A DNA stretch of 20,000 nt from Stramenopiles sp. TOSAG23-2 (Eukaryota). Positions 1 through 9,876 of this stretch are shown one piece after another. The stretch's first letter is position 1, and the number at the start of each line of letters is the position of its first letter. The DNA lies in NCBI GenBank assembly GCA_900128395.1, contig LT649243.1, positions 54,797-74,796 of the forward strand. The letters run 5' to 3'. The notes below the pieces were generated by a model that did not search any database, had not been told where the DNA came from, and worked only from the letters and a program-made list of their open reading frames with translations. Both the position numbers and the translations under genes were made by a program.

Positions 1-789
1 CTGTCTGGTTGTTATCCGCTGCTGTTTGTTTTCCTCATCAAAAAAAAAACCCTACCTATAACTAGAATAACTGTCATGCACATTAGCATGGAGATAGGCA
101 AGGATAAATGGGTGCTGAAATGGTGAAGAGGTTTCACACGCAATTCAATAGGTAAGATATTTTATACCAGGTGCTGTTTCGGAAATATTATACAATATCC
201 ATAATATATTTAGTTTTTGTATTTTAAGTAGTTTATTATTATTTAATATTATAATATAATTATATAAATATCTGTGTTAAAATATCCTTTCTCATGTTTT
301 ACAAAATGGATTTCTGGATAATATAAATTATTATACTTTGTAGGGTCGATGGAGCAAAAAACACCACGTTTTTACAATAGTATGTCAGTATAGATATAGA
401 TTTATATATATCCAACAAAGGTTGATCATGTGTGTCGTCCGTTGATAGGTACTAACAGAACCTTTCATATTCAATACTTTGCGTGTCTTTCTCTCTGTGT
501 GTCGGTGTTTGTTTATATTTTTTAATAAAAAAAATAACAACACAACTTTTCTCTTTTTTTTTTCTTTTTGTTACATATATACGTGTTTGCATATTTGATA
601 TAATACATTTTTATAAAGTATTTGTTTATAAAATCAAGTTTTTAAAGGGTCTATCTATTTTATAGTGTATATATATTGCCCTTTTTCTTGTGGTGTAAAA
701 ATTATATACTTTCCCAAATTTTGGTTTTCTGGTAAAACAATAAGCATTGGAAGTCAGAAAGAAGAATTTATTTTTGAAATTTAATAACA

Positions 790-3700
790 ATGGATATAAA
801 GAGTACCGATATATATATCGATGAAGAAGTACGTCCTTTAAATAAGAAGACGAAGAAAACAACAAATCTACCATTATCTTCTATACCAAAGAATATAGTA
901 GCACGTGATAGTATTCAGAATGATAATAATAATATTGTGGTAATAAAACGTAATAATCATAATAACAACAACGACAAGAGTAATGCCATAAACTCTTCAT
1001 CAAGTAGTAACTTTCACAATCGTCGATCATATGTAAATAATAATAATGCAAATGATAGAGACAATAGTATCAACAACAACAATCAATTTAACAACTTAAC
1101 AAGGCAACAAAAAATATATGGACCTACGTTAAAAATTGATACTCAACATGTTCAAAACGTAATGGCAGCAACAGCTAATTATTTAAGAAAATCCGTGGAA
1201 ACATGTTCACCTGCTTCAACAATATCAAACATCACACCACTTAATAACAATGACATGGATGCATATGAAAATAAAAGCAATGTTGACATTGTCAACAGAC
1301 GTACTACTAGTAGTAGCACTGTTAGTATTGAAAGTGAAGAAGATAGCAGCAATGAGGGTGTTTATAATATGCTATATAACCACCGTCAATATCCACTTTC
1401 TTCTATTATTACCACTGGTAGTGGTGGTGGTAGTAGTAATGTAGAAACGGAGCATACGATGAATGTTGAAAGACAAACTACTTTAATAAATGGACCTCAT
1501 ATTATAAGCGAACCATTATACGATGGTAACGATGACACTACAACAAACATGATGAATACAAACATTCAACCGCTAAGTGCCGTTACCCGTTCAAGCGCTG
1601 CAAATAGCATTGATTTTAACAATACCACATCATCATCAAGAGGATTAGCATCACCATTAGGTAGAATGATATTAAGGAGTCCAAGTCCATCCATTGTATA
1701 TCGTAAACAAGTACATCGCAAGGATGATGATGATCGCAACAAGAAGAACAGGAACAACAACAATGTAATCAATGTTTTAGAAAGTAAAGATGGCAAACAT
1801 TATGCTAATAGTATTCATTTTGAAAATGCCAAGCCAAAATCACCAACATGGTCTGTAAAGTTGCATCAATTTAAACATAATGTTAATAATACAACTGGTA
1901 TACATAGACGTACAACACCCAACTCATCTAGCTCTTTAGTACGAGAGTCTTTTTCTTCCTCATCGGATGATGTAAGTTTAGAAATGGAAACCTCAAGCTT
2001 TGAAGATAGAAGTGTTAATCGTATGAATAAACCAGATTTTCAACGTTCAAGATCTGTTGATTTTGTAAATCAACAAATATTATCAAATAATGCAAGAAAT
2101 GCTGGAAAAGGTAATAAATATAGAATACGTAACAGAGAAAAAAGTTTATCATCTGATATTGCATTTGATGGTGAAATACGTAATATATCAATCAGAAGGA
2201 AATTAAGTAAAGTATCTGATGTAGGAGAAGGAGATGATGAGGAGGAGGATATAATTTTCTCATCAATACTTGATGATTCTTCCATGGCGATTGATAAAAA
2301 TAGGAATAAAGATATAAATAGTTTTCGTTCCATTTCAAATAGCAGAAAAAGGCAACAAGATGGTAGTCCATGTGAATTTGAGGCACCACCTAAAATAACT
2401 GCAAAATCCAATTTATGTTATAATTTTACAGAAGCTGTTAGCGATAAGAATATGAATAATGACGATGGGGATTTTGATGTACCATCACCACCTCAACAAA
2501 TACGTCATAATAATAATAAACCCCTATATGTAGATAATGGATTAGATTTACCACCATTACGTAGAACATTAAGTCCGAATTTTATGAATGCAAGAGGGAG
2601 GAGCAGAGTCGTTATACCACGTGGTAGACGTAGTGGTGGTGGTGTTGGTGATAGTAGTTTTAACAATATTCGTCCAGACGATAATGAGATGATGCAAGAA
2701 AAATTTCTAAGTGTGAAACATTTACCATCACCATCACCACCAGCAAAAATAATTGATCCGGCTGAAACAGTGACGAATACTGCTATGGATGCAAATAATG
2801 TAGATATTTGTGGATTGTCTTCAATGGATGATGAAGATGGTCGCTTGTCAATGCCACCACCGATGCCTATCACAGCTCAAAAGACCATTGAACAAGCGCC
2901 TATTGTACCAATGCCAATGGAAGAGCCAGAATTTTTATTACCAACGATAGATAGTAATAATGGTTGTGTATTGAAAACCGTATCATGTGAAACAGTAAAT
3001 CGTTTAGTGAATGGTGAATTCAATGATACGGTGAAGAAATATATTATAGTTGATTGTAGATTTGAATATGAATATAAAGGTGGTCATATTAAACATGCAA
3101 TTAATATTGTGAAACCAGAACATGCTATTGAAAAATTCTTCAAAGAAAAGATTCATGATATGAATACGTGTATATTGTTTCATTGTGAATTTAGCTCCCA
3201 TCGAGCTCCGAAAATGATGAGAGAGGTACGCAATTTAGATCGTAAATTGCATGAAGAATCGTATCCACAATTGTATTATCCACAATTGTATTTAATAAAA
3301 GGTGGATATAAAGAATTTTTCAAAACCTTTGTGGAAAATTGCGAACCGCAAGCATATGTTGAAATGTTACATGGTGACTTTAAAGATGTTTGCAAATCAA
3401 CTGCATCATTGGTGCGTAAAAGTTGGAAGAGGCATAAAAGTTTTGATATGGATATCTTGCGACATAGTTCACCAGCATTGTTATCAACAATAAACCAATT
3501 ATCTGGTGGGAATGATGGTAGTAGTAGCAAAAGGAATAATAATAATAATAGAAGTAGTAGTAGTAGTAGTATGCGTAGTAGTCGTGATAATAAAAGGAAT
3601 AGACGTAATCGCAGTACGAATCGTAGTATTGGCAATTTTCCACGACATAGAAGAAGTGTTAATTTATTTGCAGATGATGATGATGAGGAGGATGATAGTA

Positions 3701-3855
3701 GTAGTAGCAGTAATGAACGACCTGTTCTTAATAGACGCACGTCTTATAGCGAAGGATTTTCTGATTTTGTCATGCCAACAACATTTACCAATAATACTAG
3801 TAGCTTTAATGCAAGAGAAAGGGATCATAATGGACGAGAGGCTAACACGTTTTAA
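790..3855 (+). CDS. CDC25: Cdc25-family M-phase inducer phosphatase (rhodanese-fold catalytic domain, long disordered N-terminus)
   Basis: 1021-aa ORF with Cdc25 motifs IVDCRFEYEYKGGHIKHAINI (CH2A), active site FHCEFSSHRAP (HCX5R at 3181-3204) and YPQLYLIKGGYKEFF (CH2B). N- and C-terminal regions are Asn/Ser-rich with many S/T-P and RxxS sites. Confidence 0.93.
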   Translation: MDIKSTDIYIDEEVRPLNKKTKKTTNLPLSSIPKNIVARDSIQNDNNNIVVIKRNNHNNNNDKSNAINSSSSSNFHNRRSYVNNNNANDRDNSINNNNQFNNLTRQQKIYGPTLKIDTQHVQNVMAATANYLRKSVETCSPASTISNITPLNNNDMDAYENKSNVDIVNRRTTSSSTVSIESEEDSSNEGVYNMLYNHRQYPLSSIITTGSGGGSSNVETEHTMNVERQTTLINGPHIISEPLYDGNDDTTTNMMNTNIQPLSAVTRSSAANSIDFNNTTSSSRGLASPLGRMILRSPSPSIVYRKQVHRKDDDDRNKKNRNNNNVINVLESKDGKHYANSIHFENAKPKSPTWSVKLHQFKHNVNNTTGIHRRTTPNSSSSLVRESFSSSSDDVSLEMETSSFEDRSVNRMNKPDFQRSRSVDFVNQQILSNNARNAGKGNKYRIRNREKSLSSDIAFDGEIRNISIRRKLSKVSDVGEGDDEEEDIIFSSILDDSSMAIDKNRNKDINSFRSISNSRKRQQDGSPCEFEAPPKITAKSNLCYNFTEAVSDKNMNNDDGDFDVPSPPQQIRHNNNKPLYVDNGLDLPPLRRTLSPNFMNARGRSRVVIPRGRRSGGGVGDSSFNNIRPDDNEMMQEKFLSVKHLPSPSPPAKIIDPAETVTNTAMDANNVDICGLSSMDDEDGRLSMPPPMPITAQKTIEQAPIVPMPMEEPEFLLPTIDSNNGCVLKTVSCETVNRLVNGEFNDTVKKYIIVDCRFEYEYKGGHIKHAINIVKPEHAIEKFFKEKIHDMNTCILFHCEFSSHRAPKMMREVRNLDRKLHEESYPQLYYPQLYLIKGGYKEFFKTFVENCEPQAYVEMLHGDFKDVCKSTASLVRKSWKRHKSFDMDILRHSSPALLSTINQLSGGNDGSSSKRNNNNNRSSSSSSMRSSRDNKRNRRNRSTNRSIGNFPRHRRSVNLFADDDDEEDDSSSSSNERPVLNRRTSYSEGFSDFVMPTTFTNNTSSFNARERDHNGREANTF

Positions 3856-3937
3856 ATATGTGGTGAGAGAGCGACAAAATACGAGAAGTTCGCGTGTAAA
3901 ATTATGATGTGATGTAATAATGCTTTTTACTTTTCTT

Positions 3938-6610
3938 TTATACCGCACCACCAAAATTCCTATTCGTATTTCCATTTCTCTTCTTACTCTTCTCCTCATT
4001 TGAATTCGCTTTCCATGCTTCACCTTTACTGAAATTTACCACCCAACCACCACCCGTTCTTTTCTCTTTTTTTTCTTTACGTTTTTTCTGTTGTTTTAAT
4101 TTTTCTTCTCGATCACGTTTTGCTATTTCTTCTAGTTTTTGACGTCTTTCCATTTCCTCTGCATATAATTTTTCCATAATTTGTTTCCTTTTCGCCATAT
4201 CTTCTTTTTGTTTTTGTTTTAATAACTCGTTTTCTTTTTCTTTTAACTCTTTCAATCGCTTTTTATGTGCAGCTTCTGCTTCTTTCATTTTTTTTTCTTT
4301 TTCTAAACGTTTTTGCTCCGCTTCTAATTCTGCTTTTTTACGTATTTCCTCTCGTCGTCTTTGTTCCTCTTCAAATTTTTTTCGTTCTTCTTCTTTTCGT
4401 TGTTGAGCTTCCTCTTCCCATATTCTAAAACGTTCTTCTTTCTCCGCTTTTCGTTTTGCCACAATTTCTCTTTCTCTTGCCTCTTGCTCATCTAAACGTT
4501 TTAATTCTTCCTCTAATAATCGTGCTTCTTCTGCTATTTTTTTCCGTTCCGCTTCTATCTGTTTTTGTCTTTCTTCTTTTTCCTTCAATGCTTTTGCTTT
4601 ATCTTGCTCTTTTTGTAATAATGCTTCCTTCGCTTTATCTATTTCATCTTGCTCTTTTCTACCAATTTCACATTCAATTTGAAACGGACTTTTTTGTATA
4701 TGTTCACCAAAGCAAGTAATGAAAATCGTCCATTTTCCACTTCGTGGTATTTTAAAGACTCCATCATATGAACCGTCAAGATTATCATCAATATATGCAT
4801 CTTCAAAATAATACTCGCCTTCATTTTCATTGAATAAAGATAGTAAAAACGAATCTCCACCCATATTTCTTTCATTTCCATGTGTATCTACTGCTTGTAT
4901 TTTAAATTTAACACGTTTGCCACTTTCAATATAATCAAATTTCGTTTCCGCATTTGGTACATAACACAAGTTTGGTTTGGTACCAACAATTGTGGCAACA
5001 AAATGTTTTCTACCACATTGCAATGATAAGACTTGTTTTTTTTTTAACATTGTAACTTGTTTTGGAGACCATTCAGCATTTATATTATCATTTTTTGCAC
5101 TGGTAACACCTGCTCGTGACATTAGACTATTTTCCATTTGTTTTTCTTCACTAAGACCCCATGTATATAATTCACCAAATTCATTCATAGCAAATACTTG
5201 ACTTTGACTACATATCAAATCAGTTGTTTTCTTTCCATCCATTTCCTCAATATGTTTCGGTATATTTAAACTTTCCACTAAACTTGGATGTGCTTGCCCC
5301 GCATTATTAAAACCACAACCATAAATGGTATTGTCTTTTGTTAAAAATATGGTATATTCTTCCCCACACGCTGTCAATGCAATTGGTATGTTGGATATGA
5401 CAAATTCGATTTTCGTAAATTCGCATACATCATCAAGATGACCAAGACCTAATTGACCAACCGAGTTTGATCCAGTAGAATAGCAAGATCCATCAATTAA
5501 TGTTAATAGACTATGTGCACCACCAGCACTAACATGTGTGATTTCATTATTAAAATGTTTTGTAAGTTCCGTTGGCACTAAAATTTTCTCATTATTATTA
5601 TCAGTAGTAGTAGTAGTAGTAGTATCTATTCCTAATTGACCATGTTGATTCCAACCAAAACAAAATAATCTTTTTTCATCATTTTCTAAAATAAATGTAT
5701 GTGCAATTCCACATTTAACAGCAATTATATTGTAATTATTCATTGTTTCAATTTGTACAGGAAATGCTTTGTTTTTCATATCTCCATGTCCCAATTGACC
5801 TTGCATGCCGATACCCCATGAAAATGTTCCATCATTCAAAGTAGTTACGACGGAATGACCAGCGCCACAAGAAACATGCATTACTTTTCTACCAATTAAA
5901 ACAGGAATAATTACCGGTGTATCTACAGGCTCATCCGATGATACTCCTGTGCCTAATTGACCTTGAGCATTTCGACCCCAACTATATGCTTCTCCAACTT
6001 CTGATACAGCAACATTATGACTCATACCACATGCAACATCTGTAATATAATAACTTTTCAATCCAGTTACCATTTTTGGATACATACCACCCGTATTACC
6101 TCTTCCACCTCTTCTACTTTTATCATGCCCTAAAACACTTGCATCTTTGCCATTTGTCCAAGATATGACATTATTTACAGTGCCTCTAGGTGTTTTATCT
6201 GCGATTTTCTTAATTTCATTTGCCGCTTCTATAATGGCAGGTGCACTTGGATTAAGTGCAACAGCACGTTGGAAAAAATCATTTGCTAAATGCATTTTAT
6301 TTAAACTTTTTGATGATTTTCCAGCAAAAAAGTAGCCAAAAAAAGATGTTGGTGCAAGGGCAATGCACGTTAGACTATCATTCAGTGATTGTCCGTAATA
6401 TTTTAATTCATGCCTAACCGCAGAACGCAAGCCCCATAACAATGCAGAATATGGCTCAAGTTCAAGAGCTTTTGAATAATTAATTTCTGCTTCTTCATAA
6501 TTATTATTTTTTACATTAATATCTGCGTTATTTTTCAAACTTATTGCATCTGGATTTTTTAATGGATTCTTATCCAAACCAAATTCTCCTGTCGATGCAC
6601 CAGCGCCCAT
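3938..6610 (-). CDS. Multidomain protein: TPR repeats, RCC1/BLIP-II repeats, filamin-type Ig domain and E/K/R-rich coiled coil
   Basis: 890-aa ORF. TPR-like YEEAEINYSKALELEP and FQRAVALNP. Repeated RCC1 motifs (VACGMSH..WGRNAQGQLG, VSCGAGH..WGIGMQGQLGHG, CGIAH..FGWNQHGQLG, SAGGAH..GSNSVGQLGLG). Filamin-like FKIQAVDTHGNERNMGGDSF..DNLDGSY..HIQKSPF. Charged helical tail. N-terminus MGAGAS. Confidence 0.88.
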   Translation of the reverse strand: MGAGASTGEFGLDKNPLKNPDAISLKNNADINVKNNNYEEAEINYSKALELEPYSALLWGLRSAVRHELKYYGQSLNDSLTCIALAPTSFFGYFFAGKSSKSLNKMHLANDFFQRAVALNPSAPAIIEAANEIKKIADKTPRGTVNNVISWTNGKDASVLGHDKSRRGGRGNTGGMYPKMVTGLKSYYITDVACGMSHNVAVSEVGEAYSWGRNAQGQLGTGVSSDEPVDTPVIIPVLIGRKVMHVSCGAGHSVVTTLNDGTFSWGIGMQGQLGHGDMKNKAFPVQIETMNNYNIIAVKCGIAHTFILENDEKRLFCFGWNQHGQLGIDTTTTTTTDNNNEKILVPTELTKHFNNEITHVSAGGAHSLLTLIDGSCYSTGSNSVGQLGLGHLDDVCEFTKIEFVISNIPIALTACGEEYTIFLTKDNTIYGCGFNNAGQAHPSLVESLNIPKHIEEMDGKKTTDLICSQSQVFAMNEFGELYTWGLSEEKQMENSLMSRAGVTSAKNDNINAEWSPKQVTMLKKKQVLSLQCGRKHFVATIVGTKPNLCYVPNAETKFDYIESGKRVKFKIQAVDTHGNERNMGGDSFLLSLFNENEGEYYFEDAYIDDNLDGSYDGVFKIPRSGKWTIFITCFGEHIQKSPFQIECEIGRKEQDEIDKAKEALLQKEQDKAKALKEKEERQKQIEAERKKIAEEARLLEEELKRLDEQEAREREIVAKRKAEKEERFRIWEEEAQQRKEEERKKFEEEQRRREEIRKKAELEAEQKRLEKEKKMKEAEAAHKKRLKELKEKENELLKQKQKEDMAKRKQIMEKLYAEEMERRQKLEEIAKRDREEKLKQQKKRKEKKEKRTGGGWVVNFSKGEAWKANSNEEKSKKRNGNTNRNFGGAV

Positions 6611-6611
6611 A

Positions 6612-6694
6612 TGTGTGTGTGTGTGTTATCCAATAAAATAGAATAATCACACAGAGAAAGAAATGGATAGATTGATATTTGTGTGTGTGTGTGT
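6612..6694. repeat. Two (TG)n microsatellites just upstream of the RCC1-protein start codon
   Basis: tgtgtgtgtgtgtgt at about 6612-6626 and about 6680-6694. Confidence 0.8.
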
Positions 6695-7110
6695 TTTATT
6701 GCTTGTTATCATATGTATATTCCTTTTCTTCTATGATTTAGAATGATATATATTTAGGATTTAGTACTATAGAAGAAGTAAAAGTTTGTTCGATAGCATT
6801 ATATAATAACACTACTCACTATTGAAAAAATAAATTTTTTCGCGCATTATAATACAGGTTGGTGTCAAACAAAATAAAAGATACAAAAAAACTGGAGTAA
6901 ATATATGATAGCAATACACACACACACATATGTTCGGTATGTTTTTTAGTGCGTGTTCTTTTTAAAAAAAATTTCACGTGAACATATACGTATCTCTCAC
7001 ACAAAACACTACCATGGTCCATTTCTTCCATCATGACATATATATATGCCGATCTACATATCCAAAGATATATATATATATATAATATTCTCTTCATTTT
7101 GTACATGTTT

Positions 7111-7968
7111 TTAAGATCTCCATATCATCTCTTGTGTATATCCTAATTTTGCAAGGATAGAATCGGACTCCAAGGGATCCATACGAGAACCAGCCATTGA
7201 ATTATAAAAACCAGGTGTACCGCATATCCACATTTGAGAATCGCTTGATGGTGGGAAAGCAAGGCGTTTCAATTTTTCAGCATCAATCCATCCATGCTCA
7301 CCACCTTGTCCACTTGTATCATTCGCAGTTTTTCCAACAACATAAGTAACTTTTAAACGTCCACCACTTGAAGCGGCCATTGCATCAATTTCTTTTTTCA
7401 ACATAATATCTTGTGTTGTATTATTTCCATAAATTAAACGAACTTCCGTTTGATCTCCAGATGTTTTTAATAATGGATATAAAGCTTGGTACATTGGTGT
7501 GATACCTGTACCAACTGCAACCATTGTGATTTTTTTTTTGTTAAATGGGTAACGCCATGGTTTTACATTTCCTCCAAATTGACAAAAACCGACTTGATCG
7601 CCAGCTTTAATATTGCCAGCAAACTTTGAGATAGTTCCTTCCTCATATTGTTTTACAAGCAAGGAGAAGGAACCAAGTTGACTATTAGGTGTGATCGGAT
7701 TATATGGTTTTGCTGCTTCTTCGCCATTTTCATCTACACCTTGCATCATTATACATGCAGATACTGGAAGATTTAATGATACACCATCCGGCAAGCCAAA
7801 CGTCAATACTTTTGAATTATGTGTTTCCTGTTTCACAGATAGGCAAGGAACTTTAATGTAAGACGAGGAAGGGAAATAACATGGCGGATCACTTGCAAAT
7901 TCCGCATCGTTCGGTATTGCTTGAAATTTTCCCGCTGTTGGGTTATGTTGTAGTTGTACTCTTGACAT
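7111..7968 (-). CDS. NADH-cytochrome b5 reductase-like flavoprotein (FNR family)
   Basis: 285-aa ORF with ETHNSKVLTFGLP, KPYNP (position of the RxY[ST]P motif), LLVKQYEEGTIS, MVAVGTGITPMYQ, LIYGN, ICGTPGF and ILAKLGY. Confidence 0.9.
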   Translation of the reverse strand: MSRVQLQHNPTAGKFQAIPNDAEFASDPPCYFPSSSYIKVPCLSVKQETHNSKVLTFGLPDGVSLNLPVSACIMMQGVDENGEEAAKPYNPITPNSQLGSFSLLVKQYEEGTISKFAGNIKAGDQVGFCQFGGNVKPWRYPFNKKKITMVAVGTGITPMYQALYPLLKTSGDQTEVRLIYGNNTTQDIMLKKEIDAMAASSGGRLKVTYVVGKTANDTSGQGGEHGWIDAEKLKRLAFPPSSDSQMWICGTPGFYNSMAGSRMDPLESDSILAKLGYTQEMIWRS

Positions 7969-8425
7969 TTTTATTTATTTAAAGAGGTATTTACTATTCA
8001 CGGTATAAAATTATTGTACTTTTTGGAAATTTGTTTACATTTATCATCTTATCTTTCTATTTTATATATCTTTTTGTAAAAAGTTGCAACATTTTTGTAA
8101 AAATTTGATTAGACACAGAAAAAATAATAAGCCTTCACCTCACCACACTAACACTATACCACACTGGCAGTCGTCTGATTATAAATAATCCTTAATAAGG
8201 CGGTTCTTCTTTAATATAATTTTAATACTGTAATGTCAATCATATTGGAATACAGTTAAGGAAAATATATTATTTTTAGAAGTACCTCGTAAGTAGCATA
8301 GTATACGAGAAATAGTATCTTGTATGGGAAAATAGTTTGATCCAGAGGCTGATTGGCACATGATTTTTCGTCGTCTACAATCTAAATCCCCCTTGCTGGC
8401 TTGCAACGTTGCCAGCTGGGCCAGG

Positions 8426-8461
8426 TTGCAACTATAGAGCGGATCCTCTCTATAGTTGCAA
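8426..8461. repeat. 36-bp near-perfect palindrome (14-bp perfect arms)
   Basis: ttgcaactatagag-c-ggatcc-t-ctctatagttgcaa. Arms 8426-8439 and 8448-8461 are exact reverse complements. Only the 8440/8447 pair mismatches. Confidence 0.9.
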
Positions 8462-8553
8462 ACGCCCTTCACTTCCTTTTTTTATATCATTTTTAATTAA
8501 TATTTTATTGAAATTATTATTTTAAATATTTAAAATTAAAGTGCTGATAATTT

Positions 8554-9876
8554 TTAATACACACCAAAACGTCGTGCAACTACCAACGCGACAAGACTCA
8601 TAACAGAGGTAAAACCAGCCACGATTTTACTTGCCAACGTTTCATCGACTGGATGGCCGTATATTTTTAAAGACAACCTGCTCGCTTGTCGCCATGCGTT
8701 GAACATCTCGTAGGAACCGTTGAATTTTTTATGTACAATAATATTTAGAATTTCAGGATTATTAAAATGCCTTTCAATTTCATTTTGATAGATTTTAAAA
8801 ATTAACGATGCATCACCGACCATTACTTTAGACACTATAACTGACATCAATATTTGCGAGGCACCCATTAAATATTTCATAACCTTTCCTCCTAAATTTA
8901 AATGTGCAGCCCTTTCTGTATCTAACGGTTCGAGTAAATACATTCCGATTCCAGCTAACATCAAAGGCACAGTGAATAAAAAATTTGTAGAAATTAATCG
9001 TGATCTCATTTTAATTTCTTCATCCAAAAATTTTTTTTCGCCTCGATGAAACTTGCCTAATTTTTCCATTGTCTCATTGCTGTCACATTTTTCATCGATT
9101 AAAATTGAAAACAGTTTTTTTGCATACATCGTTGTTCTAATTTTTAGACATTTATAATGCAGTTCATTTAATATAAACATAGGCCCGATAATTACATTAA
9201 ATGGAATAATTATGACAGTCACAACAAATCCAATATATGCCATTGTTAAAAAAGTTGAAATATCTGTATCGCTTGTAACAACTTGAGTATTACTGCCAAG
9301 AATATATGGGAAAACACATATGAAGAAAGGTAATCCAATCATTGTTACCTGTGTGATTATTGATACTACAGCATTGGACGCTGTATTACCAAATTGCTTT
9401 AAATTCTCTTCTTTTTGCAATCCAACAATTAATAAAGGAGATTCAAACACTTTGCATTCATCTTGTGTAGTAATTGGATAGTTTGCAATGGGTAGAATAC
9501 AAAACAGCATAGTTTGCGTCCAATTAAAGCCAAAAGAATAATAAATAGGTATGAAACTAAGAACTTGAATAATTCCAACTATATTTATAATTATAATATA
9601 GTTCCGCCGTAACGATGAACTTTTTACACCTAGTGACTTCGTGCCAAGAAAAAACGATAACGAAGTAGCCACGAAGGATGAAGGTATAAAATCTTTAATT
9701 TTAATTGCTGGTAAGTCTTCAATGCCTACACGCTCTTCCCGTACTTTTGGGTGGACTATATTTTGTTCCTCGTTATAATTATTATTTTCATTTTCATCAT
9801 CATTATTTTTTTCACCACTATTGTTGTTGTTATTATTGTTGTGTTGATACTCCGTTGGTTCAACTTGGTATTGCAT
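8554..9876 (-). CDS. Orphan 7-TM membrane protein, candidate gustatory-receptor-like/7TM ion channel (7TMIC) superfamily member
   Basis: About 440 aa from the ATG at 9876 (caccATG; the track ORF extends to 9912). About seven hydrophobic segments, a long charged helical loop between TM4 and TM5, and a C-terminal LSLKIYGHPVDETLASKIVAGFTSVMSLVALVV with almost no tail. The CDS is well supported; the family call is inference. Confidence 0.7.
   Translation of the reverse strand: MQYQVEPTEYQHNNNNNNNSGEKNNDDENENNNYNEEQNIVHPKVREERVGIEDLPAIKIKDFIPSSFVATSLSFFLGTKSLGVKSSSLRRNYIIIINIVGIIQVLSFIPIYYSFGFNWTQTMLFCILPIANYPITTQDECKVFESPLLIVGLQKEENLKQFGNTASNAVVSIITQVTMIGLPFFICVFPYILGSNTQVVTSDTDISTFLTMAYIGFVVTVIIIPFNVIIGPMFILNELHYKCLKIRTTMYAKKLFSILIDEKCDSNETMEKLGKFHRGEKKFLDEEIKMRSRLISTNFLFTVPLMLAGIGMYLLEPLDTERAAHLNLGGKVMKYLMGASQILMSVIVSKVMVGDASLIFKIYQNEIERHFNNPEILNIIVHKKFNGSYEMFNAWRQASRLSLKIYGHPVDETLASKIVAGFTSVMSLVALVVARRFGVY

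Noticed and set aside
152-170. 19-nt GTAAG..CAG segment resembling an ultra-small intron
   Set aside because: No convincing flanking exons and no other such case in the window; likely chance.
483-874. Small Phe/Ile/Tyr-rich ORFs here and at 6819-7106, 10188-10400 and 19429-19681
   Set aside because: Their composition simply reflects T-rich, AT-rich intergenic DNA and microsatellites.
1250-4023. Short overlapping or antisense ORFs rich in Leu, Val or Tyr runs
   Set aside because: Shadow frames of the trinucleotide low-complexity tracts in Cdc25 and the neighbouring gene.
6838-6845. TTTCGCGC, an E2F-like site about 230 bp upstream of the RCC1-repeat gene
   Set aside because: A single 8-mer. 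Similar ttcgcg words occur in 3' gaps, so a promoter function is unsupported.
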